A DNA stretch of 64,000 nt, from assembly GCA_044440125.1 (NCBI GenBank), contig JBITAJ010000021.1, positions 64,001 through 128,000 of the forward strand, written 5' to 3'. Position 1 is the first letter of the stretch. Each line of letters starts with the position of its first letter. This DNA is from Sedimentisphaeraceae bacterium JB056. GTDB taxonomy: Bacteria > Planctomycetota > Phycisphaerae > Sedimentisphaerales > Sedimentisphaeraceae. The notes beneath the pieces were generated by a model. It had not been told where the DNA came from. It saw only the letters and a list, made by a program, of their open reading frames with translations, and made no database searches. Below, piece after piece: positions 49,798-60,025 of the stretch. The translations under genes and the position numbers were made by a program.

Positions 49798-49841
49798 CTC
49801 AAATTTTGCAAATTTGAGAAAAGGCTAAAAGACATTAACTT

Positions 49842-49884
49842 AAATTGGCAGTTTTCAGGATATTAATCTGAAAACTGCCAATTT
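49842..49884 (-). terminator. Terminator hairpin after the fourth pilin-like gene
   Basis: AAATTGGCAGTTTTCAG-gatattaat-CTGAAAACTGCCAATTT, 17-bp perfect stem. Confidence 0.75.
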
Positions 49885-49918
49885 CCTCTCGAAAAAACAG
49901 AAATTATGCATGACCATA

Positions 49919-50689
49919 TCAATGGTCATACAGATAATATTGCCATTTCGGCTTTGTACGCCCCTGAGTATCTCTGTAGTTTGTAAAATCGTCAGGTTCA
50001 ACAGAAACATGCCCATCAACCCAACCAATATTACCAACACCATACCAATCCGAAGCCTTCTTATTATGCCACCTCGTTGCGTATCGATTGCTTTCAGGGA
50101 AACTCATTGGGTCTTTGAGCGGATTGAAATACCAGCTCACACAAGCATAATATTCATTATCAATGAAATATATAGTCTCCTGAGTAGCCCTTATTGCTGA
50201 GACCTTGGTAACACCATGATCATTCCAATACACGCTGTCTGGTCCATACAAACTCTTACCAATACCGCTTGACCCGGGACTGGGAGAAACATTAAGGGTT
50301 ATATGTCCGTTAGCCGCATATGTATAAGTGCGTTCATTACCTTCAGTATCAAAATCAGGATCACTACTGTAAAAGGTACTGTCCTTTGCACTTGGGCAGA
50401 CAAAGCTATCAGACTCATTCTCCGTAGAAGCACTAACATAACTGGTTATTGTACAGTTCTCAAACTGGTCCTTGTCGCTATACCATGCCCCCGCAATAGC
50501 CCAATCATCATTATCCTGCGACCATAAGCTCGCCCCAAGGACAAGAGTCTTGAGATTGCTTCTGCATACAATCATCTTGGCACTCTCTCTCGCTCTTCCC
50601 ATAGCCGGCATCATGATCGACATAAGAATCGCTATAATAGAAATAACCACCAATAATTCGATTAATGTAAAACCTTTTACTCTTTTCAT
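49919..50689 (-). CDS. Prepilin-type N-terminal cleavage/methylation protein, H-X(n)-DG type
   Basis: [40 protein letters not shown]...[10 protein letters not shown]. Confidence 0.9.
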   Translation of the reverse strand: MKRVKGFTLIELLVVISIIAILMSIMMPAMGRARESAKMIVCRSNLKTLVLGASLWSQDNDDWAIAGAWYSDKDQFENCTITSYVSASTENESDSFVCPSAKDSTFYSSDPDFDTEGNERTYTYAANGHITLNVSPSPGSSGIGKSLYGPDSVYWNDHGVTKVSAIRATQETIYFIDNEYYACVSWYFNPLKDPMSFPESNRYATRWHNKKASDWYGVGNIGWVDGHVSVEPDDFTNYRDTQGRTKPKWQYYLYDH

Positions 50690-50710
50690 TTTCTGACCTT
50701 TTCCTAATAA

Positions 50711-50736
50711 GAGACGCAGCCGATAGACTGCGTCTC
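50711..50736 (-). terminator. Intergenic stem-loop between the LamG and pilin-like genes
   Basis: GAGACGCAG-ccgataga-CTGCGTCTC. Confidence 0.55.
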
Positions 50737-50746
50737 AGGAATATTA

Positions 50747-52831
50747 TCAATTAACACTCACCCAATCTGAAGCAAAGATCGCATAGTCTTCAATATCCAC
50801 ATTACAGTCATTATCAATATCACCGTTAATACTCTCACCACAAACAGGTAAGCTATATACAACAATATCGTCAATATCTATTACTCCGCTTCTTTCATCA
50901 TTACTGCCGCTACCGCAGCCAATCATTACAGATGCTACATTGCTAAGTACAGATTTATCTACCGAACCTACACCACTCTCGCCAAGAAGATTATCGAAAT
51001 CAAGAATCCATTTATCCCATTGATCTGCAGGTGTAGATGTTGTGTAAGCCCATGACTCCGCAAGTATCTCACCTGATGAGTCAAAGAATTTCGCAAACAG
51101 AAGCCCCTCTTCACTGTTACCGCTATGACGATTCACATAGAGACTTGCACCATCAAAACCGCTTAAATCTGTTACTGAAGCAAGCTGATAAACAATACTT
51201 GTGTAATTGCCACCGCTCTCTGTTACCGGAAGACTGTAATTCCATACTAAGGCCTGAGAACCCTCGTAAGCCGAAGATGTTAAATCTAAAGTTCCTGTAC
51301 CTGAATACGTCTGGCTTTCATGTATGCTCCAATAACCATCAAGAGCACTGACAGACCCATAACTTTCAAAATCATCTACAGTTATAACTGCTCCGGCGCT
51401 TGCAAGACTTTCAGCAGTCCAGTCTTCAACAAATATTTTCAAGTCTTCCTGATCAATCATTGTATCACCATTCATGTTCGAATTAGAAAGCATTGCTGTA
51501 ATACTCTTAGCATTTAAAGCACCATCCCATAGGATAAGATCTGACATGTACGCTGTTGTACTTGAACCAATATAGCTTTGGCCTGACTGATACCCAACAT
51601 AACCAATAAGCCCCTGCTTATAATCCGATCTGGCAAGAGCAACAGAAGCATAAAATTCACCATTAACATAAAGCATTACGTCAACACCATCGCAAACCAC
51701 AGCAATATGATTCCACTCTGAATTAAGTATTGAGTTTGCATTCTCGATAGTAAGCGAATATACGTTATTCCACCAATAATCATGACTGTAAATCTTCAGC
51801 ATACTGACCATATTAGTGTAATCAACCTCTCCTCTTATAGTAAACAAGCTGCCGCTTTCGCCAACTTCCTGATAGAAAGCGGTGTTCCAGCCTTCCCAAC
51901 CAGATTTCAGCCAGAAAGAAACAGAGTAAACACCAAGATTAGAAACAGTGGCCGGTAAAGTAAGCTTCTGTGCACCTTCAAACTTAACCGCATCATCAAC
52001 AACCCAATCAGTGATATCACCGGTGTAGCCATCAAAAGGTGCATCATATCCATTACCGCTTTGATCAGGAAATACACCCATAGAATTTGGGTCATTCAAT
52101 GGATACCAAGCAACAATATCAGGTGTGCCATAACCAGGAATAGCGTCAGGAATGATAAGGGATTCTATTTCAGTCTGCGTAAGCTCTTTGTCCCAAATCT
52201 TAAACTCATCAAATTTACCAACAAAATAATCTCCCCACCCAGGATTTGAAGGTATTCTTAACTCCCCTGGAGCATCAGCAAAACCGAATGTTTTCGAACC
52301 GATCATGTAGCCGTTTTTATAAACCTTGACAGTACTGCCGTCACATGTAACAGTCATCATCTGCCATTTTCCTACATCCCAACCTATACCTGTTGATAGA
52401 TATTCACCATCTCCATCAGTAAAAGTGATATTACCAGAGCTGGAATAAAGTGACCTTGACGCCCCGCCTGTTCCATAAGGCTTCTTGCCAATAGCAAATG
52501 CAACGGCCCAGTCAGTTGGTGCGGCATCCGTATAAACCCATACATTCACACTCCAGCTGTCTGTTGCACCAAGTGGAAGCAACGATGTTGGAATGGCTGC
52601 GTTGTAAGCACATGATGTAGCTGTAGAACTCAATGCGTTTCCAGCTACACCTTCAGAGTTGTAACCTACTCCGTTGTAACTTACACCCGTAATACCGCTT
52701 ACACTATAGTCATTCAGATTATTTTCAAATGCCCAGTGAAGAACAAGGTTTGGATCCGCACTACCCAGCGCGATTGAACCCGCAAAACACAAAACTAAAA
52801 CAAACAAAATCAGACTAATTCGTTTCATCAT
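50747..52831 (-). CDS. Secreted 2x LamG + CBM-like protein with internal and C-terminal dockerin-like motifs
   Basis: LVLHWAFEN, WQMMTVT, FVGKFDEFKIW, WNHIAVV; NMNGDTMIDQEDL..W; CGESINGDIDNDCNVDIEDYAIFASDW. Confidence 0.78.
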   Translation of the reverse strand: MMKRISLILFVLVLCFAGSIALGSADPNLVLHWAFENNLNDYSVSGITGVSYNGVGYNSEGVAGNALSSTATSCAYNAAIPTSLLPLGATDSWSVNVWVYTDAAPTDWAVAFAIGKKPYGTGGASRSLYSSSGNITFTDGDGEYLSTGIGWDVGKWQMMTVTCDGSTVKVYKNGYMIGSKTFGFADAPGELRIPSNPGWGDYFVGKFDEFKIWDKELTQTEIESLIIPDAIPGYGTPDIVAWYPLNDPNSMGVFPDQSGNGYDAPFDGYTGDITDWVVDDAVKFEGAQKLTLPATVSNLGVYSVSFWLKSGWEGWNTAFYQEVGESGSLFTIRGEVDYTNMVSMLKIYSHDYWWNNVYSLTIENANSILNSEWNHIAVVCDGVDVMLYVNGEFYASVALARSDYKQGLIGYVGYQSGQSYIGSSTTAYMSDLILWDGALNAKSITAMLSNSNMNGDTMIDQEDLKIFVEDWTAESLASAGAVITVDDFESYGSVSALDGYWSIHESQTYSGTGTLDLTSSAYEGSQALVWNYSLPVTESGGNYTSIVYQLASVTDLSGFDGASLYVNRHSGNSEEGLLFAKFFDSSGEILAESWAYTTSTPADQWDKWILDFDNLLGESGVGSVDKSVLSNVASVMIGCGSGSNDERSGVIDIDDIVVYSLPVCGESINGDIDNDCNVDIEDYAIFASDWVSVN

Positions 52832-52886
52832 ATCTCCTTAAACAAATTATACATTAATTACAAACGGAACAACAATTATTCCGCAA

Positions 52887-53951
52887 TTAGCTCAATCTTC
52901 TAACTGCTGCGGTAGATTCCCTGACTACCAGCTCACTGCCAACTTTTACTGTATGTGCTGAGTCGGCTTCCTCACTCGTCATCCTCTGAACAAGCATCTT
53001 GCTTGCGTATTTTCCAACCTCACGGCCTTTTTGCATCACAGTTGTAAGTGCAGGCTGCATCTTACCGGTGAAATCAAGGCCGGAAAAACCAACAACAGAA
53101 AGCTCGGTAGGTATATCAATTCCAAGCTTTTTAGCCGCATTATAAACATCTATTGCAAGGTGGTCAGTCTCCGCGAATACAGCAGTAGGTCTGTTTTCTC
53201 CAGAAAGCATTTTTGTTGCAACCTCAAACCCATCACTGTTATTATCATCGCTAAGCTGCCACAGCTTAAATTGAACATCTTGATTTGACTTAAAAAGCGC
53301 AAATTCAAAATATTTCGTCCTCATAAGCTGCCAACTTCTCGCCGACTTCTGAAACTCAGAAAAACACGCTATATTAGTGTGGCCAAGTTCCAGCAAATGG
53401 TCAGCAACAAGCTTACTGCCCTGCTCCTCATCAGTCTGTACAGAATCAGCTTTGCAACCTTCCAAGCAGTGGTCTATAACTACAATGGGAAGATTATTAG
53501 TTTCATTAAGCTCAACCAGCGTGTCCTTATATGTCTCCGCAAAATCAGGCCATACAATAAGACCTTCCACCCTGTGCCCAATCAGCCTCTTTATATGCTC
53601 AAGGCCCTGCTGTTCATCCGCAAACTTCCTGGTATCACCTGCCCACAGCGTTATAGGCATATAATCAGCTTCTGTAAGCTGCTGATGAACACCGGAAAGA
53701 ACATCCGCCCAATAGGAGTCAAAAGGCGGAACAAGAACACCAACTGTCCGGCTCTTGCCGGTCTGTATACTTTGAACAAGCAGATTCTGATTCCAACCAA
53801 GCTCCTTAGCCACTTCAAAAACACGCTTCTTTGTATCTTCATGAAAGCGACCTTTGCCATTTCGCAAAATAATTGAAGCAGTGGCCAATGAGACGTTCGC
53901 CTCACGTGCTACATCTTTTAACTGTGGAACTATGTTTTTTGTTGAAGCCAT
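52887..53951 (-). CDS. LacI family transcriptional regulator
   Basis: LKDVAREANVSLATAS, HLLELGH, IPTELSVVGF, PALTTV, LVVREST. Confidence 0.93.
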   Translation of the reverse strand: MASTKNIVPQLKDVAREANVSLATASIILRNGKGRFHEDTKKRVFEVAKELGWNQNLLVQSIQTGKSRTVGVLVPPFDSYWADVLSGVHQQLTEADYMPITLWAGDTRKFADEQQGLEHIKRLIGHRVEGLIVWPDFAETYKDTLVELNETNNLPIVVIDHCLEGCKADSVQTDEEQGSKLVADHLLELGHTNIACFSEFQKSARSWQLMRTKYFEFALFKSNQDVQFKLWQLSDDNNSDGFEVATKMLSGENRPTAVFAETDHLAIDVYNAAKKLGIDIPTELSVVGFSGLDFTGKMQPALTTVMQKGREVGKYASKMLVQRMTSEEADSAHTVKVGSELVVRESTAAVRRLS

Positions 53952-53976
53952 CTTAAATCCAGTATGATCATTAAAT

Positions 53977-54147
53977 CTGCTAAAGTACTTTAACAGATAT
54001 TAACACATCAAAAAAATATTGTCAACATTATTTTAAAAAAATTGATAAAGTACTTTAACAAGTCAATAAGAAGGTTATTTTCAGACAAAAAAGCTTGATT
54101 TACCAAAAAATTAATATATACTCTAAATTGATAAAGCACTTTATCAA
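53977..54147. promoter_or_regulatory. Divergent promoter region with three palindromic LacI-type operators
   Basis: CTGCTAAAGTACTTTAACAG (53977), TTGATAAAGTACTTTAACAA (54042), TTGATAAAGCACTTTATCAA (54128); minus-strand TTGACA(54020-25)/TAATAT(53997-54002); plus-strand TTGATT(54095)/TATACT(54117). Confidence 0.75.
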
Positions 54148-54191
54148 GCCTTAAAAGGCGATATTAAATTTTTAAGAGGTCTATTTATTGA

Positions 54192-55721
54192 ATGAAAGTA
54201 TCTTTTTTAACATTCTTATTTCTGTCAGCCGGATTTGTCCAAGGCAAAATCGAGCTTAACAGCTTATTTTCAGATAACATGGTATTACAGCAAAACAGCG
54301 TCTGTATGCTTTGGGGGACTTCTGCGCCAAACACATATTTACATATAAGATATAGCTGGGAACCAAACTCACACAAAGTCCTGTCAGAGGAATCCGGCTG
54401 CTGGCAATCTGAGGTTTCCACACTGAAAGCCGGCGGACCATATAAAATAACAATTAAAAGCAAGAATGACTGCATAGAAATCAAAAACATACTTATAGGG
54501 GAAGTTTGGCTTTGCTCTGGGCAATCCAACATGCAATTGCCATTGATGGGATGGGAGACCGCCCCTGTCAAAAACTCTAAAAGAGAAATAGCAAACGCAG
54601 AGTACCCTCAAATCCGAATGTTCAATGTTCAATGCAATATTGCAACTGAACCACAGCAAAACTTTGACGGCAAGTGGACTGTCTGCTCACCTAACGGAGC
54701 AAAATGGTTCTCTGCCGTAGGTTATTTTTTCGCCAAAGAATTGCACCACCAGTTAAAATGCCCAATAGGCATGATAAACTCAAGTATGGGCGACACCCCG
54801 ATACAAGCCTGGATGAGTAACAAAAGCCTAAAAAGTTGTCAAGCAGGCAGGAAAACTTTAGCAGAATTCAAGGAAGCCATAAAAAATTATAAAACGGAAA
54901 GAAAAACATACGAAAAACGGCTTCAGCAATGGCAACAAAACGGACAAAAACCGTCCACAAAGCCCTTTAAACCGATACATGAATCTCACAGCAGAAGACC
55001 TTCAGGCAGATACAATGCAATGATAGCACCTGCCCTTAAATACAAAATCAAAGGTGTAATCTGGTATCAGGGAGAAAACAACAGATCACAAGCAAAAGAA
55101 TACAACAACCTTTTCCCTGCAATGATAAAGAGCTGGAGAAGCGAATTCGGACTCAAAGATATACCTTTTTACTATGCCCAGCTAACAGCATTCTACAAGC
55201 ACTGCCCTAATACTGATGTTGTAATCGAACCGGAAAAACCTAAAAATGAAGACTGGCCGCAATTGAGACAGGCACAACTGGAGACAATGAAAGTCAACAA
55301 TACAGGAATGGCTGTAACTATTGATATCGGAAGCAAGAACAATATTCATCCTCCAGATAAAGAAACTGTCGGCAAACGACTTGCGGCATGGGCATTTGCT
55401 AATGACTACAATCAAAATATACCATTTTGCGGCCCGCTATACTACCATAAAGAAAACAAAGGCAGCAAAATTCGCATATATTTCAAAAACGCAACAGGAC
55501 TTCACAGCACCGGCAACGGCAACATCTTTGCAGTAGCCGGAGAAGACAACGTTTACAGATGGGCGGAATTCGAAATACAAGACGATACAGTAATCGTCTG
55601 GAATGACAGTATAGAAAAACCGGTAAATGTAAGATTCAGCTGGATGAACTATCCAGAGATTTATATTTACAATTCCTACTCACTGCCAATGAGTCCTTTT
55701 ACAACAGAAAAATTATTTTAA
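54192..55721 (+). CDS. Sialate O-acetylesterase family (SGNH) carbohydrate esterase
   Basis: LFSDNMVLQQ, GEVWLCSGQSNM, GVIWYQGE, IHPPDK. Confidence 0.9.
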   Translation: MKVSFLTFLFLSAGFVQGKIELNSLFSDNMVLQQNSVCMLWGTSAPNTYLHIRYSWEPNSHKVLSEESGCWQSEVSTLKAGGPYKITIKSKNDCIEIKNILIGEVWLCSGQSNMQLPLMGWETAPVKNSKREIANAEYPQIRMFNVQCNIATEPQQNFDGKWTVCSPNGAKWFSAVGYFFAKELHHQLKCPIGMINSSMGDTPIQAWMSNKSLKSCQAGRKTLAEFKEAIKNYKTERKTYEKRLQQWQQNGQKPSTKPFKPIHESHSRRPSGRYNAMIAPALKYKIKGVIWYQGENNRSQAKEYNNLFPAMIKSWRSEFGLKDIPFYYAQLTAFYKHCPNTDVVIEPEKPKNEDWPQLRQAQLETMKVNNTGMAVTIDIGSKNNIHPPDKETVGKRLAAWAFANDYNQNIPFCGPLYYHKENKGSKIRIYFKNATGLHSTGNGNIFAVAGEDNVYRWAEFEIQDDTVIVWNDSIEKPVNVRFSWMNYPEIYIYNSYSLPMSPFTTEKLF

Positions 55722-55738
55722 CAATAGAGAGGTATACT

Positions 55739-57712
55739 TTGACTTATTTAGGAACGACAGATCTTGTCATCATAGGCTTTTATCTTTTTGTACTTGTGGT
55801 ACTTGGATTCTATCTACAGAAAAAAGCATCTGCCTCAATGGACGACTATTTCCTTGGAGGCAAAAGCCTTCCGTGGTGGGCAATAGGCATCTCGGGAATG
55901 GGCTGGTCACTTGATATCACCGGCACTATGCTGATAGCCTCACTGCTATACCTGCTTGGCCCAAGAGGATTGTTTATTGAATTCCGTGGCGGAGTTCCGC
56001 TTGGCCTTATATTCGTAATGGCCTGGACTGGAAAATGGCACAGACGTTCCAACTGTATGACCGGAGCGCAATGGCAAGCGTACCGTTTTGGAACAGGAGC
56101 ATCAGGAAAGTTCGCAAGAATACTGGCTGCCCTTGCTGGAATAGTTTTCACAATCGGCATGCTTGCATATCTGGTAAAAGGTGTAGGTCTATTCATCTCA
56201 ACCTTCATCCCGACGCTGACACCTATCCAATGTTCACTCATCATGATAGGTATAGCCACATTATACACAGTAACATCCGGCTTCTACGGCGTTGTATACA
56301 GCGACATTTTTCAGGCATTTCTAATATTCCTGGGAATAATAGTAGTTACGACACTGGCTATCAAAAAAGTACCCGACGGAGCAGAGCTTGCTGCTATAAG
56401 CTCCTCTATAACTGGATGCAGCGATTGGATGACAAGCCTGCCGCAAATGAAGACTGCTATGCCCAAGTCATACGAAATGTATGAATGCTTATTTATGTTC
56501 ACCGTATTTTTGATACTTCGAAACCTTATACTCGGCGCAGCCAGCGGAAACACGCCACAGTATTTCGCCGCAAAGAATGAAAGAGAATGCGGGAAAATAG
56601 CATGCCTATGGTCTTCACTGCTTATGTTTAGATGGCCAATGATGATCGGATACGCTATCCTTGGCATTTATCTCATAAAAGATCTCTTTCCAGATATGAG
56701 CGTACTCGCTGATGCCGCTAACGTCATACACTCCGCAATGCCGGAAATCACAAAGGATCAGTGGCCAAACGAAATTGCAAGAATCGTAGCCAACCCCGAA
56801 CAGTATACATCAATAACAACACAGCTAAGTGAGATTCTGGGCAGCAAATGGTCAGAAAGCCTGCAACTGATAAGTTTTGAAGGCACAGTAAATGCAGAAC
56901 GAATCCTTCCCGCAGTCTTGCTTTACTGTATACCGGCAGGTTTCAAGGGGCTTATATTGGTAACATTGATTGCAGCTTCAATGTCAACTTTCGACTCAAC
57001 GATAAACCTCGCTGCCCCCCTCTTCACAAAAGACATATACATAACATTCCTAAGACCAAAGGCTCAAAACAGAGAAGCTCTCACTGTAACATACATTTTC
57101 AGTGTTCTCATGGTAGCTGTAGCATTCTTCATGGGCTACAAAGCCAAAAGCATAAACGAAATATGGGGATGGATAATGATGGGCTTAAGCTCCGGCCTTG
57201 CCATACCGGGAATGCTTCGCCTCTACTGGTGGCGATTTAACGGACAGGGATTTGCGATCGGCACATTTTCAGGTATGTTTGCCGCAATAATACAGAGAGC
57301 AATCTGGCCGGAGTTGCCTGAGATTACCCAATTCATATCACTGAGCCTGATATCGCTGTTCTTTGCTGTTTTAGGCACATACCTGACTGCACCAACTCCG
57401 CGTGATGTACTGGAAAACTTCTATAAGACAACACGACCATTCGGACTTTGGGGGCCGTTCAAAAACACACTGCCACCTACTGTACAGGTTGCTCTCAAAA
57501 AAGAAAATACTAACAGCCTGATAAGCGTTCCATTCATATTCATCTGGATGATATCAATGTATATGATGCCGATGCAACTTATGATAAGGGATTTTAATGC
57601 ATTTTTTATAACATTAATACTGTTTATAATCGGTCTTGGCGGTATACTTAAATTCTGGGTAGGTAATTATCACTCAACAGATGCTATAGAAAAACTGGAG
57701 GAGCAGATTTGA
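55739..57712 (+). CDS. Sodium:solute symporter (SSS) family transporter
   Basis: DYFLGGKSLPWW, GVVYSDIFQ, AASMSTFDS, RLYWWRFNG. Confidence 0.9.
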   Translation: MTYLGTTDLVIIGFYLFVLVVLGFYLQKKASASMDDYFLGGKSLPWWAIGISGMGWSLDITGTMLIASLLYLLGPRGLFIEFRGGVPLGLIFVMAWTGKWHRRSNCMTGAQWQAYRFGTGASGKFARILAALAGIVFTIGMLAYLVKGVGLFISTFIPTLTPIQCSLIMIGIATLYTVTSGFYGVVYSDIFQAFLIFLGIIVVTTLAIKKVPDGAELAAISSSITGCSDWMTSLPQMKTAMPKSYEMYECLFMFTVFLILRNLILGAASGNTPQYFAAKNERECGKIACLWSSLLMFRWPMMIGYAILGIYLIKDLFPDMSVLADAANVIHSAMPEITKDQWPNEIARIVANPEQYTSITTQLSEILGSKWSESLQLISFEGTVNAERILPAVLLYCIPAGFKGLILVTLIAASMSTFDSTINLAAPLFTKDIYITFLRPKAQNREALTVTYIFSVLMVAVAFFMGYKAKSINEIWGWIMMGLSSGLAIPGMLRLYWWRFNGQGFAIGTFSGMFAAIIQRAIWPELPEITQFISLSLISLFFAVLGTYLTAPTPRDVLENFYKTTRPFGLWGPFKNTLPPTVQVALKKENTNSLISVPFIFIWMISMYMMPMQLMIRDFNAFFITLILFIIGLGGILKFWVGNYHSTDAIEKLEEQI

Positions 57713-60024
57713 AAACAAGGCTGCTAACAATGAAGTCATTAACAATATTTGTAATCTTATTTACATGCTACTCAGCAGTATTTGCAACCAATATTGCTAT
57801 GATCGGCAACAACGATGCGCTGAAAAAAGAACTCAGTCTGGATGGTTACAAGATAACAGCAATTACAGAAAAAAATCTTTTTAATAAAGAAATATTCAAC
57901 ATAAACACTTACGACATTTTGCTTGTAACAGAAAGCGAGAATCTGCCTCAGGAGTGTGCAGAAAGCTTATTAAGCTTTATCAGGAAAGGCGGCGACTTAA
58001 TCCTGCTTGGGGGGCATGCCTTTAAGAATATTAATTTTGAAAAAACCCTACCGGTCTTTTACGATGACGAAACAAACTACTTTAACAACACCGCATATCT
58101 TAAAAGATACGATAGTCAAAAAGTAACGCAGCAAAAATGGGAAATAGAATTATCCGGCATAAATGCAATAGGCTATTCTATTGTAAGTACCTCTAGATAT
58201 ATTCCTTTACTTGAAGTTTACAATAAAAGCGATGTGCCTATGGATTTTGCTGCTGGAATACTTATCCATTACAACGGCGAGTTTGAAGGCGGCAGATGGT
58301 TTATAAGCGGTGTTTATGATGGTGATTTTTACAAAACACCAGTATTTATAAACACACTTAAAACCACATTAAAAAAAGTCGCTCCTGAAAGATACATTGC
58401 TAATATGAAGTTGAAAGACAAAATTGCACGCCAGGACAGGCTTAAGCCTGTCTCCGGAAAGATGCAGAAAATCATAATCTCCGATGACGGCAGAAGTTTA
58501 ATCAAAGAGAATGGTCAACCCTTTTTCATAATCGGCACAAATTACATCGGGACATCTGAATCTAAATGTTCGCATATGTCTGAAAACTTCATCCTTGAAA
58601 ATATACGCAAGGATTTTGAAAGAGCTAACAAGATAGGTATCAACTGTTTTCGTTTCTGGATTGAAGGTCTTGACAATAGACTCGACAGACTCGAAAGCGT
58701 AATTGCATTAGCTCAAAAATATGATATCTACCTATTGCTTCAGCCTACCGCTCACCCAATGGAAAACATCGAAGACTTGAGTAAGTTGTTTTCTGATCTT
58801 GCTAAATGTTCAAAACCATACAATGCGGTAATTGGATTCGACTTGATGAACGAACCGTATATTACAACAGTAGGTTCTGTAATGACTGGCGGCAAGCCCG
58901 GGCGAATCATAAGAGAAAACGCTTTTGACAAATACAAAGATAGTGGGCTCTACAACAAAGAATGGGTTCTTAAAAACGCAGCCAATCGAAGCGGATGGCC
59001 GGAAATGAGTAAGTGGGTTACGACAGAACAAGCACGTAATCTTTACACTTCATTTGATATTGCGAAACAATACAGCGAAAAATTCATCGAATCTAAAGAC
59101 TATTCATCACTTCAGGGCATCGAAGAAATGCTTCCATTCGAGAATGAATATGAAGTTTTCTTCAACAATGTAAATACCGACTTCAGCAACTGGATAAACA
59201 TACAGAAGACTGCGATAAAAAAACAAAATGACTCTTACTTTATAACAGTTGGCTACAACACTTCACTTACAGCATTACCGGCAAACAAATCTCTGGATAT
59301 AGTCAGTCATCATCTTTATCAGCCGCCATCTTCTTATGAAGACATGGTAAAATCAGTAACGACGTTTGACAGACTGCAAAGGCTCTACCCCGACAAACCC
59401 ATAACACTCGGAGAATTCGGTTACAGCTCATACTTCGTATTGCCTGATGGCGAGTTTCTTGGCGACCAGACAAGTTCTGTCGCAGAGATGATGATATACC
59501 TTTATGCTTTCGCCAACAATTACAGCGGAGCAATGTCGTGGATGTTATCTGACTGGCCGGTTCCAATAATGGAACGAACGGCATGGTGGATAAGCAAGAA
59601 AGATCAGGCATATCAAGCAGGATTTGGTTTGTTCAGATACAATGGAACAGACGAAGGTAAACCTAAACCGATTGCAACTGCAATCAAGATTTTCAGCCAA
59701 TACATAAAAAACACCACTGCAGGAAAAGGCAGATTTGAAATACATCGTTCTTCAAAATCGCCCATTGGCTGTGGATACTCCTATAAAAGCAAAGATGCTC
59801 TGTTCATAGGCGACATAGACTACTCTGATGCAAACTTGAATTTCACATCACCGGTAATGACCAACTTGATGATAATCCAAAGCAGCACCAAACTTGAGCT
59901 TACGTCTTCAACAAACTTAAAGATAAACATGAATCTTAAATGCTTCAGTGCAAATAAACCTGAAAATTTTAAAAAGATAGAACTTTTAGCCGGACAAACA
60001 AAGACTATTGAAATAAAGGAATAA
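57709..60024 (+). CDS. Clan GH-A (GH5-like) glycoside hydrolase with N-terminal accessory domain
   Basis: GTNY, GINCFRFW, FDLMNEP (acid/base), ITLGEFG (nucleophile), FGLF..G.PKP. Confidence 0.7.
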   Translation: MKTRLLTMKSLTIFVILFTCYSAVFATNIAMIGNNDALKKELSLDGYKITAITEKNLFNKEIFNINTYDILLVTESENLPQECAESLLSFIRKGGDLILLGGHAFKNINFEKTLPVFYDDETNYFNNTAYLKRYDSQKVTQQKWEIELSGINAIGYSIVSTSRYIPLLEVYNKSDVPMDFAAGILIHYNGEFEGGRWFISGVYDGDFYKTPVFINTLKTTLKKVAPERYIANMKLKDKIARQDRLKPVSGKMQKIIISDDGRSLIKENGQPFFIIGTNYIGTSESKCSHMSENFILENIRKDFERANKIGINCFRFWIEGLDNRLDRLESVIALAQKYDIYLLLQPTAHPMENIEDLSKLFSDLAKCSKPYNAVIGFDLMNEPYITTVGSVMTGGKPGRIIRENAFDKYKDSGLYNKEWVLKNAANRSGWPEMSKWVTTEQARNLYTSFDIAKQYSEKFIESKDYSSLQGIEEMLPFENEYEVFFNNVNTDFSNWINIQKTAIKKQNDSYFITVGYNTSLTALPANKSLDIVSHHLYQPPSSYEDMVKSVTTFDRLQRLYPDKPITLGEFGYSSYFVLPDGEFLGDQTSSVAEMMIYLYAFANNYSGAMSWMLSDWPVPIMERTAWWISKKDQAYQAGFGLFRYNGTDEGKPKPIATAIKIFSQYIKNTTAGKGRFEIHRSSKSPIGCGYSYKSKDALFIGDIDYSDANLNFTSPVMTNLMIIQSSTKLELTSSTNLKINMNLKCFSANKPENFKKIELLAGQTKTIEIKE

Positions 60025-60025
60025 T

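Noticed and set aside
5587..50689. Calling the four prepilin-type genes T2SS GspG or type IV pilus structural genes
   Set aside because: Only the N-terminal methylation helix is shared; no ATPase, secretin, platform or peptidase genes in the window, and the C-termini are H-X9-DG type
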